Shown here: piece after piece, positions 12,501-26,499 of the stretch
Layout: every line of letters starts with the position of its first letter
Numbering within the stretch: the first letter of the stretch is position 1
Source: the human T2T-CHM13v2.0 reference genome, Homo sapiens
Length of the DNA: 64,000 bases
Assembly (NCBI RefSeq): GCF_009914755.1
Contig: NC_060927.1
Direction: 5' to 3' (one strand)
Notes under the pieces: model-generated
Told to the model about the DNA's origin: nothing
The model's database searches: none
The model's input: only the letters and a program-made list of their open reading frames with translations
Program-made: the position numbers and the translations under genes

Positions 12501-15500
12501 GTCAGCTGAATGCGCACATCACAGAGCAGCTTCAGAGAACAATTATGTCTAGTTTTTCTGTGAAGATATTTTCTCTTCTACATAGGCCTGAAACCGCTCT
12601 AAATATTCACTTGGAAATTCTACAAAAAGAATAATTCAACACTCTTCTATCAAAAGGAAGGTTGAACTCTGAGATTTAAACGCACACATCACAGAGAAGT
12701 TTCTGAGAATTCTTCTGTCAAGGTTTATATGAAGAAACCCCGTTTCCAATGAAGGCCTCAAAAAAGTCCAAATATTTACTTGCCGATTCCACAGAAAGAG
12801 TGTTTCATAACTGGTCTATCAAAAGAAAGGTTAAACTCAGTGAGTTGAACCCACACATCACAAATTAGCTTCTGAGAATCATTCTGTCTAGTTCTCCTGC
12901 GAAGATATTGCCTTTTCTACCATAGGCCTCAAATGGCGCAAAATATCCACCTGGAAATTCTACCAAAACTGAGTTTCAAAAGTGCTCTAGTGAAAGGAAG
13001 CTTCACCTCAGTGAGTTGAAGGTACACATCACAAAGAAGTTTCTGAGAATTCTTCTGTCTAGTTGTAAATGCAGAAATCACGTTTCAAACGAAGGCCACA
13101 AAGAGGTCCAAATATCCAGCTGCAGATTCTGCAAAAAGAGGGTTTCAAATCTGCTCCATCAAGAGGAATGTTCAACTCTGTGCGTTGAATGCAAATATCA
13201 CAAATAAGTTTCTGACAATACTTCTGTCTAGTTTTTATGTGAAGATATTTCCTTTCCTACTGTAGGCCTCAAAACGCTCTAAATATACACTTGCAAATTC
13301 CACAAAAAGAGTGTTTCCAAACTGCTCTATCAAAGGAAGTTTAAACTCTGTCAGCTTAATGCAAGCATCACAAAACAGCTTCGGAGAATGAATCTGCCTA
13401 GTTTTTCTGTGAAGATATTTCTTTTTCTGCCATAGACCTCAAACCGCTGTAAAAATCCACTTGGAAATTCTACAAAAAGAGTATTTCAAAACTCTTCTAT
13501 CGAAAGGAAGTCTCAACTCCATGAGTTAAATGCACATATCACAAATAATTTTCTGAGGATTCTTCTTTCAAGTTTTATCTGAAGAAATCCCGTTTCCAAA
13601 GATGGCCTCAGAAAAGTCCCAATATACACTTGCAGATTCTACAAAAAGAGTTTTTCAAAACTGCTCTACCAAGAGGAAGGTTAAACTCTGTGAGTTGAAG
13701 GCACACATCACAAAGTAGTTTCTGAGAATCATTCTGTCTAGTTTTTCTATGAAGATATTGCCTTTTCCACCATAGGCCTCAAACGGCGCTAAATATCCAC
13801 TTGGAAATTCTACAAAAAGAGAGTTACTAAACTGCTCTATCGAAAGGAAGCTTCAACGCTGCGAGTTGAAAGCACACATCACCAAGAAGTTTATGAGAAT
13901 TCTTCTGTCTACTTTTGTATGAAGCAGTCACGTTTCAAACGAAGGCCACAAAGAGGACCAAATATCCACTTGGAGATTCAACAAAAAGTGTTTTTCAAAA
14001 CTGCTCCTTCAAGAGGAATATTCAACTCTGAGAGTTGAAGCCATGTATCACAAAGTAGTTACCGACAATGCTTCTGTCTAGATTTTATGTGAAGACATTC
14101 CCTTTTGTACCACAGGCCTGAAAGCACTCTAAATATAGAATTGCAAATTCCACAAAAAGAGTGTTGAAAACCGCTCTATCCAAAGAAAGGTTAAACTCTG
14201 TCAGCTGAATGCGCACATCACAGAGCAGCTTCAGAGAACAGTTATGTCTAGTTTTTCTGTGAAGATAGTTTCTCTTCTACATAGGCCTGAAAGCGCTCTA
14301 AATATTCACTTGGAAATTCTACAAAAAGAATATTTCAACACTCTTCTATCAAAAGGAAGGTTGAACTCTGAGAGTTAAACGCACACATCACAGAGAAGTT
14401 TCTGAGAATTCTTTTGTCAAGGTTTATATGAAGAAACCCCGTTTCCAATGAAGGCCTCAAAAAAGTCCAAATATTTACTTGCAGATTCCACAGAAAGAGT
14501 GTTTCATAACTGGTCTATCAAAAGAAAGGTTAAACTCAGTGAGTTGAACCCACACATCACAAAGTAGCTTCTGAGAATCATTCTGTCTAGTTCTCCTACG
14601 AAGATATTGCCTTTTCTACCATAGGCCTCAAACGGCGCTAAATATCCACCTGGAAATTCTACCAAAACTGAGTTTCAAAAGTGCTCTATTGAAAGGAAGC
14701 TTCACCTCTGTGGGTTGAAGGTACACATCACAAAGAAGTTTCTGAGAATTCTTCTGTCTAGTTGTAAATGCAGAAATCACGTTTCAAACGAAGGCCACAA
14801 AGAGGCCCAAATATCCAGCTGCAGATTCTGCAAAAAGAGGGTTTCAAATCTGCTCCATCAAGAGGAATGTTCAACTCTGTGCGTTGAATGCAAATATCAC
14901 AAATAATTTTCTGACAATACTTCTGTCTAGCTTTTATGTGAAGATATTTCCTTTCCTACTGTAGGCCTCAAAACGCTCTAAATATACACTTGCAAATTCC
15001 ACAAAAAGAGTGTTTCCAAACTGCTCTAACAAAAAAAGTTTAAACTCTGTCAGCTTAATGCAAGCATCACAAAACAGCTTCGGAGAATGAATCTGCCTAG
15101 TTTTTCTGTGAAGATATTACTTTTTCTGCCATAGACCTCAAACCGCTGTAAAAATCCACTTGGAAATTCTACAAAAAGAGTGTTTCAAAACTCTTCTATC
15201 GAAAGGAAATCTCAACTCCATGAGTTAAATGCAGATATCACAAATAATTTTCTGAGGATTCTTCTTTCAAGTTTTATATGAAGAAATCCCGTTTCCAAAG
15301 ATGGCCTCAGAAAAGTCCCAATATACACTTGCAGATTCTACAAAAAGCGTTTTTCAAAACTGCTCTACCAAAAGGAAGGTTAAACTCTGTGAGTTGAAGG
15401 CACACATCACAAAGTAGTTTCTGAGAATCATTCTGTCTAGTTTTTCTATGAAGATATTGCCTTTTCCACCATAGGCCTCAAACGGCGCTAAATATCCACT

Positions 15501-18500
15501 TGGAAATTCTACAAAAAGAGAGTTACTAAACTGCTCTATCGAAAGGAAGCTTCAACGCTGCGAGTTGAAAGCACACATCACGAAGAAGTTTATGAGAATT
15601 CTTCTGTCTACTTTTGTATGAAGCAGTCACGTTTCAAACGAAGGCCACAAAGAGGACCAAATATCCACTTGGAGATTCAACAAAAAGAGTTTTTCAAAAG
15701 TGCTCCTTCAAGAGGAATATTCAACTCTGAGAGTTGAAGGCAGGTATCACAAAGTAGTTCCCGACAATGCTTCTGTCTAGATTTTATGTGAAGACATTCC
15801 CTTTTGTACCACATGCCTGAAAGCCCTCTATATATAGAATTGCAAATTCCACAAAATATTGTTGAAAACCGCTCTATCCAAAGAAAGGTTAAAATCTGTC
15901 AGCTGAATGCGCACATCACAGAGCAGCTTCAGAGAACAGTTATGTCTAGTTTTTCTGTGAAGATAGTTTCTCTTCTACATAGGCCTGTAACCGCTCTAAA
16001 TATTCACTTGGAAATTCTACAAAAAGAATATTTCAACACTCTTCTATCAAAAGGAAGGTGGAACTCTGAGAGTTAAACGCACACATCACAGAGAAGTTTC
16101 TGAGAATTCTTCTGTCAAGGTTTATATGAAGAAAGCCCGTTTCCAATGAAGGCCTCAAAAAAGTCCAAATATTTACTTGCCGATTCCACAGAAAGAGTGT
16201 TTCATAACTGGTCTATCAAAAGAAAGGTTAAACTCAGTGAGTTGAACCCACACATCACAAAGTAGCTTCTGAGAATCATTCTGTCTAGTTCTCCTACGAA
16301 GATATTGCCTTTTCTACCATAGGCCTCAAACGGCGCTAAATATCCACCTGGAAATTCTACCAAAACTGAGTTTCAAAAGTGCTCTATTGAAAGGAAGCTT
16401 CACCTCTGTGGGTTGAAGGTACACATCACAAAGAAGTTTCTGAGAATTCTTCTGTCTAGTTGTAAATGCAGAAATCACGTTTCAAACGAAGGCCACAAAG
16501 AGGTCCAAATATCCAGCTGCAGATTCTGCAAAAAGAGGGTTTCAAATCTGCTCCATCAAGAGGAATGTTCAACTCTGTGCGTTGAATGCAAATATCACAA
16601 ATAAGTTTCTGACAATACTTCTGTCTAGTTTTTATGTGAAGATATTTCCTTTCCTACTGTAGGCCTCAAAACGCTCTAAATATACACTTGCAAATTCCAC
16701 AAAAAGAGTGTTTCCAAACTGCTCTATCAAAGGAAGTTTAAACTCTGTCAGCTTAATGCAAGCATTACAAAACAGCTTCGGAGAATGAATCTGCCTAGTT
16801 TTTCTGTGAAGATATTTCTTTTTCTGCCATAGACCTCAAACCGCTGTAAAAATCCACTTGGAAATTCTACAAAAAGAGTATTTCAAAACTCTTCTATCGA
16901 AAGGAAGTCTCAACTCCATGAGTTAAATGCACATATCACAAATAATTTTCTGAGGATTCTTCTTTCAAGTTTTATATGAAGAAATCCCGTTTCCAAAGAT
17001 GGCCTCAGAAAAGTCCCAATATACACTTGCAGATTCTACAAAAAGAATTTTTCAAAACTGCTCTACCAAAAGGAAGGTTAAACACTGTGAGTTGAAGGCA
17101 CACATCACAAAGTAGTTTCTGAGAATCATTCTGTCTAGTTTTTCTATGAAGATATTGCCTTTTCCACCATAGGCCTCAAACGACGCTAAATATCCACTTG
17201 GAAATTCTAAAAAAAGAGAGTTACTAAACTGCTCTATCGAAAGGAAGCTTCAACGCTGCGAGTTGCAAGCACACATCACGAAGAAGTTGATGAGAATTCT
17301 TCTGTCTACTTTTGTATGAAGCAGTCACGTTTCAAACGAAGGCCACAAAGAGGTCCAAATATCCACTTGGAGATTCAACAAAAAGAGTTTTTCAAAACTG
17401 CTCCGTCAAGAGGAATATTCAACTCTGCGAGTTGAAGGCTGGTATCAAAAAGTAGTTCCCGACAATGCTTCTGTCTAGATTTTATGCGAAGACATTCCCT
17501 TTTGTACCACAGGCCTGAAAGCACTCTAAATATAGAATTGCAAATTCCACAAAAAGAGTGTTGAAAACCGCTGTATCCAAAGAAAGGTTAAACTCTGTCA
17601 GCTGAATGCGCACATCACAGAGCAGCTTCAGAGAACAATTATGTCTAGTTTTTCTGTGAAGATAGTTTCTCTTCTACATAGGCCTGAAACCGCTCTAAAT
17701 ATTCACTTGGTAATTTTACAAAAAGAATATTTCAATACTCTTCTATCAAAAGGAAGGTTGAACTCTGAGAGTTAAACGCACACATCACAGAGAAGTTTCT
17801 GAGAATTCTTCTGTCAAGGTTTATATGAAGAAACCCCGTTTCCAATGAAGGCCTCAAAAAAGTCCAAACATTTACTTGCCGATTCCACAGAAAGAGTGTT
17901 TCATAACTGGTCTATCAAAAGAAAGGTTAAACTCCGTGAGTTGAACGCACACATCACAAAGTTGTTTCTGAGAATCATTCTGTCTAGTTCTCCTACGAAG
18001 ATATTGCCTTTTCTACCATAGGCCTCAAACGGCGCTAAATATCCACCTGGAAATTCTACCAAAACTGAGTTTCAAAAGTGCTCTATTGAAAGGAAGCTTC
18101 ACCTCTGTGTGTAGAAGGTACACATAACAAAGAAGTTTCTGAGAATTCTTCTGTCTAGTTGTAAATGCAGAAATCACGTTTCAAACGAAGGCCACAAAGA
18201 GGTCCAAATATCCAGCTGCAGATTCTGCAAAAAGAGGGTTTCAAATCTGCTCCATCAAGAGGAATGTTCAACTCTGTGCGTTGAATGCAAATATCACAAA
18301 TAAGTTTCTGACAATACTTCTGTCTAGTTTTTATGTGAAGATATTTCCTTTCCTACTGTAGGCCTCAAAACGCTCTAAATATACACTTGCAAATTCCACA
18401 AAAAGAGTGTTTCCAAACTGCTCTATCAAAGGAAGTTTAAACTCTGTCAGCTTAATGCAAGCATCACAAAACAGCTTCGGAGAATGAATCTGCCTAGTTT

Positions 18501-21500
18501 TTCTGTGAAGATATTTCTTTTTCTGCCATAGACCTCAAACCGCTGTAAAAATCCACTTGGAAATTCTACAAAAAGAGTATTTCAAAACTCTTCTATCGAA
18601 AGGAAGTCTCAACTCCATGAGTTAAATGCACATATCACAAATAATTTTCTGAGGATTCTTCTTTCAAGTTTTATATGAAGAAATCCCGTTTCCAAAGATG
18701 GCCTCAGAAAAGTCCCAATATACACTTGCAGATTCTACAAAAAGAGTTTTTCAAAACTGCTCTACCAAGAGGAAGGTTAAACTCTGTGAGTTGAAGGCAC
18801 ACATCACAAAGTAGTTTCTGAGAATCATTCTGTCTAGTTTTTCTATGAAGATATTGCCTTTTCCACCATAGGCCTCAAACGGCGCTAAATATCCACTTGG
18901 AAATTCTACAAAAAGAGAGTTACTAAACTGCTCTATCGAAAGGAAGCTTCAACGCTGCGAGTTGAAAGCACACATCACGAAGAAGTTTATGAGAATTCTT
19001 CTGTCTACTTTTGTATGAAGCAGTCACGTTTCAAACGAAGGCCACAAAGAGGACCAAATATCCACTTGGAGATTCAACAAAAAGTGTTTTTCAAAACTGC
19101 TCCTTCAAGAGGAATATTCAACTCTGAGAGTTGAAGCCATGTATCACAAAGTAGTTACCGACAATGCTTCTGTCTAGATTTTATGTGAAGACATTCCCTT
19201 TTGTACCACAGGCCTGAAAGCACTCTAAATATAGAATTGCAAATTCCACAAAAAGAGTGTTGAAAACCGCTCTATCCAAAGAAAGGTTAAACTCTGTCAG
19301 CTGAATGCGCACATCACAGAGCAGCTTCAGAGAACAGTTATGTCTAGTTTTTCTGTGAAGATAGTTTCTCTTCTACATAGGCCTGAAACCGCTCTAAATA
19401 TTCACTTGGAAATTCTACAAAAAGAATATTTCAACACTCTTCTATCAAAAGGAAGGTTGAACTCTGAGAGTTAAACGCACACATCACAGAGAAGTTTCTG
19501 AGAATTCTTCTGTCAAGGTTTATATGAAGAAACCCCGTTTCCAATGAAGGCCTCAAAAAAGTCCAAATATTTACTTGCAGATTCCACAGAAAGAGTGTTT
19601 CATAACTGGTCTATCAAAAGAAAGGTTAAACTCAGTGAGTTAAACCCACACATCACAAAGTAGCTTCTGAGAATCATTCTGTCTAGTTCTCCTACGAAGA
19701 TATTGCCTTTTCTACCATAGGCCTCAAACGGCGCTAAATATCCACCTGGAAATTCTACCAAAACTGAGTTTCAAAAGTGCTCTATTGAAAGGAAGCTTCA
19801 CCTCTGTGGGTTGAAGGTACACATCACAAAGAAGTTTCTGAGAATTCTTCTGTCTAGTTGTAAATGCAGAAATCACGTTTCAAACGAAGGCCACAAAGAG
19901 GTCCAAATATCCAGCTGCAGATTCTGCAAAAAGAGGGTTTCCAATCTGCTCCATCAAGAGGAATGTTCAACTCTGTGCGTTGAATGCAAATATCACAAAT
20001 AATTTTCTGACAATACTTCTGTCTAGCTTTTATGTGAAGATATTTCCTTTCCTACTGTAGGCCTCAAAACGCTCTAAATATACACTTGCAAATTCCACAA
20101 AAAGAGTGTTTCCAAACTGCTCTATCAAAAAAAGTTTAAACTCTGTCAGCTTAAAGCAAGCATCACAAAACAGCTTCGGAGAATGAATCTGCCTAGTTTT
20201 TCTGTGAAGATATTACTTTTTCTGCCATAGACCTCAAACCGCTGTAAAAATCCACTTGGAAATTCTACAAAAAGAGTATTTCAAAACTCTTCTATCGAAA
20301 GGAAATCTCAACTCCATGAGTTAAATGCAGATATCACAAATAATTTTCTGAGGATTCTTCTTTCAAGTTTCATATGAAGAAATCCCGTTTCCAAAGATGG
20401 CCTCAGAAAAGTCCCAATATACACTTGCAGATTCTACAAAAAGCGTTTTTCAAAACTGCTCTACCAAAAGGAAGGTTAAACTCTGTGAGTTGAAGGCACA
20501 CATCACAAAGTAGTTTCTGAGAATCATTCTGTCTAGTTTTTCTATGAAGATATTGCCTTTTCCACCATAGGCCTCAAACGGCGCTAAATATCCACTTGGA
20601 AATTCTACAAAAAGAGAGTTACTAAACTGCTCTATCGAAAGGAAGCTTCAACGCTGCGAGTTGAAAGCACACATCACGAAGAAGTTTATGAGAATTCTTC
20701 TGTCTACTTTTGTATGAAGCAGTCACGTTTCAAACGAAGGCCACAAAGAGGACCAAATATCCACTTGGAGATTCAACAAAAAGAGTTTTTCAAAAGTGCT
20801 CCTTCAAGAGGAATATTCAACTCTGAGAGTTGAAGGCAGGTATCACAAAGTAGTTCCCGACAATGCTTCTGTCTAGATTTTATGTGAAGACATTCCCTTT
20901 TGTACCACATGCCTGAAAGCCCTCTATATATAGAATTGCAAATTCCACAAAATATTGTTGAAAACCGCTCTATCCAAAGAAAGGTTAAAATCTGTCAGCT
21001 GAATGCGCACATCACAGAGCAGCTTCAGAGAACAGTTATGTCTAGTTTTTCTGTGAAGATAGTTTCTCTTCTACATAGGCCTGTAACCGCTCTAAATATT
21101 CACTTGGAAATTCTACAAAAAGAATATTTCAACACTCTTCTATCAAAAGGAAGGTGGAACTCTGAGAGTTAAACGCACACATCACAGAGAAGTTTCTGAG
21201 AATTCTTCTGTCAAGGTTTATATGAAGAAAGCCCGTTTCCAATGAAGGCCTCAAAAAAGTCCAAATATTTACTTGCCGATTCCACAGAAAGAGTGTTTCA
21301 TAACTGGTCTATCAAAAGAAAGGTTAAACTCAGTGAGTTGAACCCACACATCACAAAGTAGCTTCTGAGAATCATTCTGTCTAGTTCTCCTACGAAGATA
21401 TTGCCTTTTCTACCATAGGCCTCAAACGGCGCTAAATATCCACCTGGAAATTCTACCAAAACTGAGTTTCAAAAGTGCTCTATTGAAAGGAAGCTTCACC

Positions 21501-24500
21501 TCTGTGGGTTGAAGGTACACATCACAAAGAAGTTTCTGAGAATTCTTCTGTCTAGTTGTAAATGCAGAAATCACGTTTCAAACGAAGGCCACAAAGAGGT
21601 CCAAATATCCAGCTGCAGATTCTGCAAAAAGAGGGTTTCAAATCTGCTCCATCAAGAGGAATGTTCAACTCTGTGCGTTGAATGCAAATATCACAAATAA
21701 GTTTCTGACAATACTTCTGTCTAGTTTTTATGTGAAGATATTTCCTTTCCTACTGTAGGCCTCAAAACGCTCTAAATATACACTTGCAAATTCCACAAAA
21801 AGAGTGTTTCCAAACTGCTCTATCAAAGGAAGTTTAAACTCTGTCAGCTTAATGCAAGCATCACAAAACAGCTTCGGAGAATGAATCTGCCTAGTTTTTC
21901 TGTGAAGATATTTCTTTTTCTGCCATAGACCTCAAACCGCTGTAAAAATCCACTTGGAAATTCTACAAAAAGAGTATTTCAAAACTCTTCTATCGAAAGG
22001 AAGTCTCAACTCCATGAGTTAAATGCACATATCACAAATAATTTTCTGAGGATTCTTCTTTCAAGTTTTATATGAAGAAATCCCGTTTCCAAAGATGGCC
22101 TCAGAAAAGTCCCAATATACACTTGCAGATTCTACAAAAAGAGTTTTTCAAAACTGCTCTACCAAGAGGAAGGTTAAACTCTGTGAGTTGAAGGCACACA
22201 TCACAAAGTAGTTTCTGAGAATCATTCTGTCTAGTTTTTCTATGAAGATATTGCCTTTTCCACCATAGGCCTCAAACGGCGCTAAATATCCACTTGGAAA
22301 TTCTACAAAAAGAGAGTTACTAAACTGCTCTATCGAAAGGAAGCTTCAACGCTGCGAGTTGAAAGCACACATCACCAAGAAGTTTATGAGAATTCTTCTG
22401 TCTACTTTTGTATGAAGCAGTCACGTTTCAAACGAAGGCCACAAAGAGGACCAAATATCCACTTGGAGATTCAACAAAAAGTGTTTTTCAAAACTGCTCC
22501 TTCAAGAGGAATATTCAACTCTGAGAGTTGAAGCCATGTATCACAAAGTAGTTACCGACAATGCTTCTGTCTAGATTTTATGTGAAGACATTCCCTTTTG
22601 TACCACAGGCCTGAAAGCACTCTAAATATAGAATTGCAAATTCCACAAAAAGAGTGTTGAAAACCGCTCTATCCAAAGAAAGGTTAAACTCTGTCAGCTG
22701 AATGCGCACATCACAGAGCAGCTTCAGAGAACAGTTATGTCTAGTTTTTCTGTGAAGATAGTTTCTCTTCTACATAGGCCTGAAACCGCTCTAAATATTC
22801 ACTTGGAAATTCTACAAAAAGAATATTTCAACACTCTTCTATCAAAAGGAAGGTTGAACTCTGAGAGTTAAACGCACACATCACAGAGAAGTTTCTGAGA
22901 ATTCTTTTGTCAAGGTTTATATGAAGAAACCCCGTTTCCAATGAAGGCCTCAAAAAAGTCCAAATATTTACTTGCAGATTCCACAGAAAGAGTGTTTCAT
23001 AACTGGTCTATCAAAAGAAAGGTTAAACTCAGTGAGTTGAACCCACACATCACAAAGTAGCTTCTGAGAATCATTCTGTCTAGTTCTCCTACGAAGATAT
23101 TGCCTTTTCTACCATAGGCCTCAAACGGCGCTAAATATCCACCTGGAAATTCTACCAAAACTGAGTTTCAAAAGTGCTCTATTGAAAGGAAGCTTCACCT
23201 CTGTGGGTTGAAGGTACACATCACAAAGAAGTTTCTGAGAATTCTTCTGTCTAGTTGTAAATGCAGAAATCACGTTTCAAACGAAGGCCACAAAGAGGTC
23301 CAAATATCCAGCTGCAGATTCTGCAAAAAGAGGGTTTCAAATCTGCTCCATCAAGAGGAATGTTCAACTCTGTGCGTTGAATGCAAATATCACAAATAAT
23401 TTTCTGACAATACTTCTGTCTAGCTTTTATGTGAAGATATTTCCTTTCCTACTGTAGGCCTCAAAACGCTCTAAATATACACTTGCAAATTCCACAAAAA
23501 GAGTGTTTCCAAACTGCTCTATCAAAAAAAGTTTAAACTCTGTCAGCTTAATGCAAGCATCACAAAACAGCTTCGGAGAATGAATCTGCCAAGTTTTTCT
23601 GTGAAGATATTCCTTTTTCTGAAATACACCTCAAACCGCTGTAAAAATCCACTTGGAAATTCTACAAAAAGAGTGTTTCAAAACTCTTCTATCGAAAGGA
23701 AATCTCAACTCCATGAGTTAAATGCAGATATCACAAATAATTTTCTGAGGATTCTTCTTTCAAGTTTTATATGAAGAAATCCCGTTTCCAAAGATGGCCT
23801 CAGAAAAGTCCCAATATACACTTGCAGATTCTACAAAAAACGTTTTTCAAAACTGCTCTACCAAAAGGAAGGTTAAACTCTGTGAGTTGAAGGCACACAT
23901 CACAAAGTAGTTTCTGAGAATCATTCTGTCTAGTTTTTCTATGAAGATATTGCCTTTTCCACCATAGGCCTCAAACGGCGCTAAATATCCACTTGGAAAT
24001 TCTACAAAAAGAGAGTTACTAAACTGCTCTATCGAAAGGAAGCTTCAACGCTGCGAGTTGAAAGCACACATCACCAAGAAGTTTATGAGAATTCTTCTGT
24101 CTACTTTTGTATGAAGCAGTCACGTTTCAAACGAAGGCCACAAAGAGGACCAAATATCCACTTGGAGATTCAACAAAAAGAGTTTTTCAAAAGTGCTCCT
24201 TCAAGAGGAATATTCAACTCTGAGAGTTGAAGGCAGGTATCACAAAGTAGTTCCCGACAATGCTTCTGTCTAGATTTTATGTGAAGACATTCCCTTTTGT
24301 ACCACATGCCTGAAAGCCCTCTATATATAGAATTGCAAATTCCACAAAATATTGTTGAAAACCGCTCTATCCAAAGAAAGGTTAAAATCTGTCAGCTGAA
24401 TGCGCACATCACAGAGCAGCTTCAGAGAACAGTTATGTCTAGTTTTTCTGTGAAGATAGTTTCTCTTCTACATAGGCCTGTAACCGCTCTAAATATTCAC

Positions 24501-26499
24501 TTGGAAATTCTACAAAAAGAATATTTCAACACTCTTCTATCAAAAGGAAGGTGGAACTCTGAGAGTTAAACGCACACATCACAGAGAAGTTTCTGAGAAT
24601 TCTTCTGTCAAGGTTTATATGAAGAAAGCCCGTTTCCAATGAAGGCCTCAAAAAAGTCCAAATATTTACTTGCCGATTCCACAGAAAGAGTGTTTCATAA
24701 CTGGTCTATCAAAAGAAAGGTTAAACTCAGTGAGTTGAACCCACACATCACAAAGTAGCTTCTGAGAATCATTCTGTCTAGTTCTCCTACGAAGATATTG
24801 CCTTTTCTACCATAGGCCTCAAACGGCGCTAAATATCCACCTGGAAATTCTACCAAAACTGAGTTTCAAAAGTGCTCTATTGAAAGGAAGCTTCACCTCT
24901 GTGGGTTGAAGGTACACATCACAAAGAAGTTTCTGAGAATTCTTCTGTCTAGTTGTAAATGCAGAAATCACGTTTCAAACGAAGGCCACAAAGAGGTCCA
25001 AATATCCAGCTGCAGATTCTGCAAAAAGAGGGTTTCAAATCTGCTCCATCAAGAGGAATGTTCAACTCTGTGCGTTGAATGCAAATATCACAAATAAGTT
25101 TCTGACAATACTTCTGTCTAGTTTTTATGTGAAGATATTTCCTTTCCTACTGTAGGCCTCAAAACGCTCTAAATATACACTTGCAAATTCCACAAAAAGA
25201 GTGTTTCCAAACTGCTCTATCAAAGGAAGTTTAAACTCTGTCAGCTTAATGCAAGCATCACAAAACAGCTTCGGAGAATGAATCTGCCTAGTTTTTCTGT
25301 GAAGATATTTCTTTTTCTGCCATAGACCTCAAACCGCTGTAAAAATCCACTTGGAAATTCTACAAAAAGAGTATTTCAAAACTCTTCTATCGAAAGGAAG
25401 TCTCAACTCCATGAGTTAAATGCACATATCACAAATAATTTTCTGAGGATTCTTCTTTCAAGTTTTATATGAAGAAATCCCGTTTCCAAAGATGGCCTCA
25501 GAAAAGTCCCAATATACACTTGCAGATTCTACAAAAAGAGTTTTTCAAAACTGCTCTACCAAGAGGAAGGTTAAACACTGTGAGTTGAAGGCACACATCA
25601 CAAAGTAGTTTCTGAGAATCATTCTGTCTAGTTTTTCTATGAAGATATTGCCTTTTCCACCATAGCCTCAAACGGCGCTAAATATCCACTTGGAAATTCT
25701 ACAAAAAGAGAGTTACTAAACTGCTCTATCGAAAGGAAGCTTCAACGCTGCGAGTTGAAAGCACACATCACCAAGAAGTTTATGAGAATTCTTCTGTCTA
25801 CTTTTGTATGAAGCAGTCACGTTTGAAACGAAGGCCACAAAGAGGACCAAATATCCACTTGGAGATTCAACAAAAAGTGTTTTTCAAAACTGCTCCTTCA
25901 AGAGGAATATTCAACTCTGAGAGTTGAAGCCATGTATCACAAAGTAGTTACCGACAATGCTTCTGTCTAGATTTTATGTGAAGACATTCCCTTTTGTACC
26001 ACAGGCCTGAAAGCACTCTAAATATAGAATTGCAAATTCCACAAAAAGAGTGTTGAAAACCGCTCTATCCAAAGAAAGGTTAAACTCTGTCAGCTGAATG
26101 CGCACATCACAGAGCAGCTTCAGAGAACAGTTATGTCTAGTTTTTCTGTGAAGATAGTTTCTCTTCTACATAGGCCTGAAACCGCTCTAAATATTCACTT
26201 GGAAATTCTACAAAAAGAATATTTCAACACTCTTCTATCAAAAGGAAGGTTGAACTCTGAGAGTTAAACGCACACATCACAGAGAAGTTTCTGAGAATTC
26301 TTCTGTCAAGGTTTATATGAAGAAACCCCGTTTCCAATGAAGGCCTCAAAAAAGTCCAAATATTTACTTGCCGATTCCACAGAAAGAGTGTTTCATAACT
26401 GGTCTATCAAAAGAAAGGTTAAACTCAGTGAGTTGAACCCACACATCACAAAGTAGCTTCTGAGAATCATTCTGTCTAGTTCTCCTACGAAGATATTGC

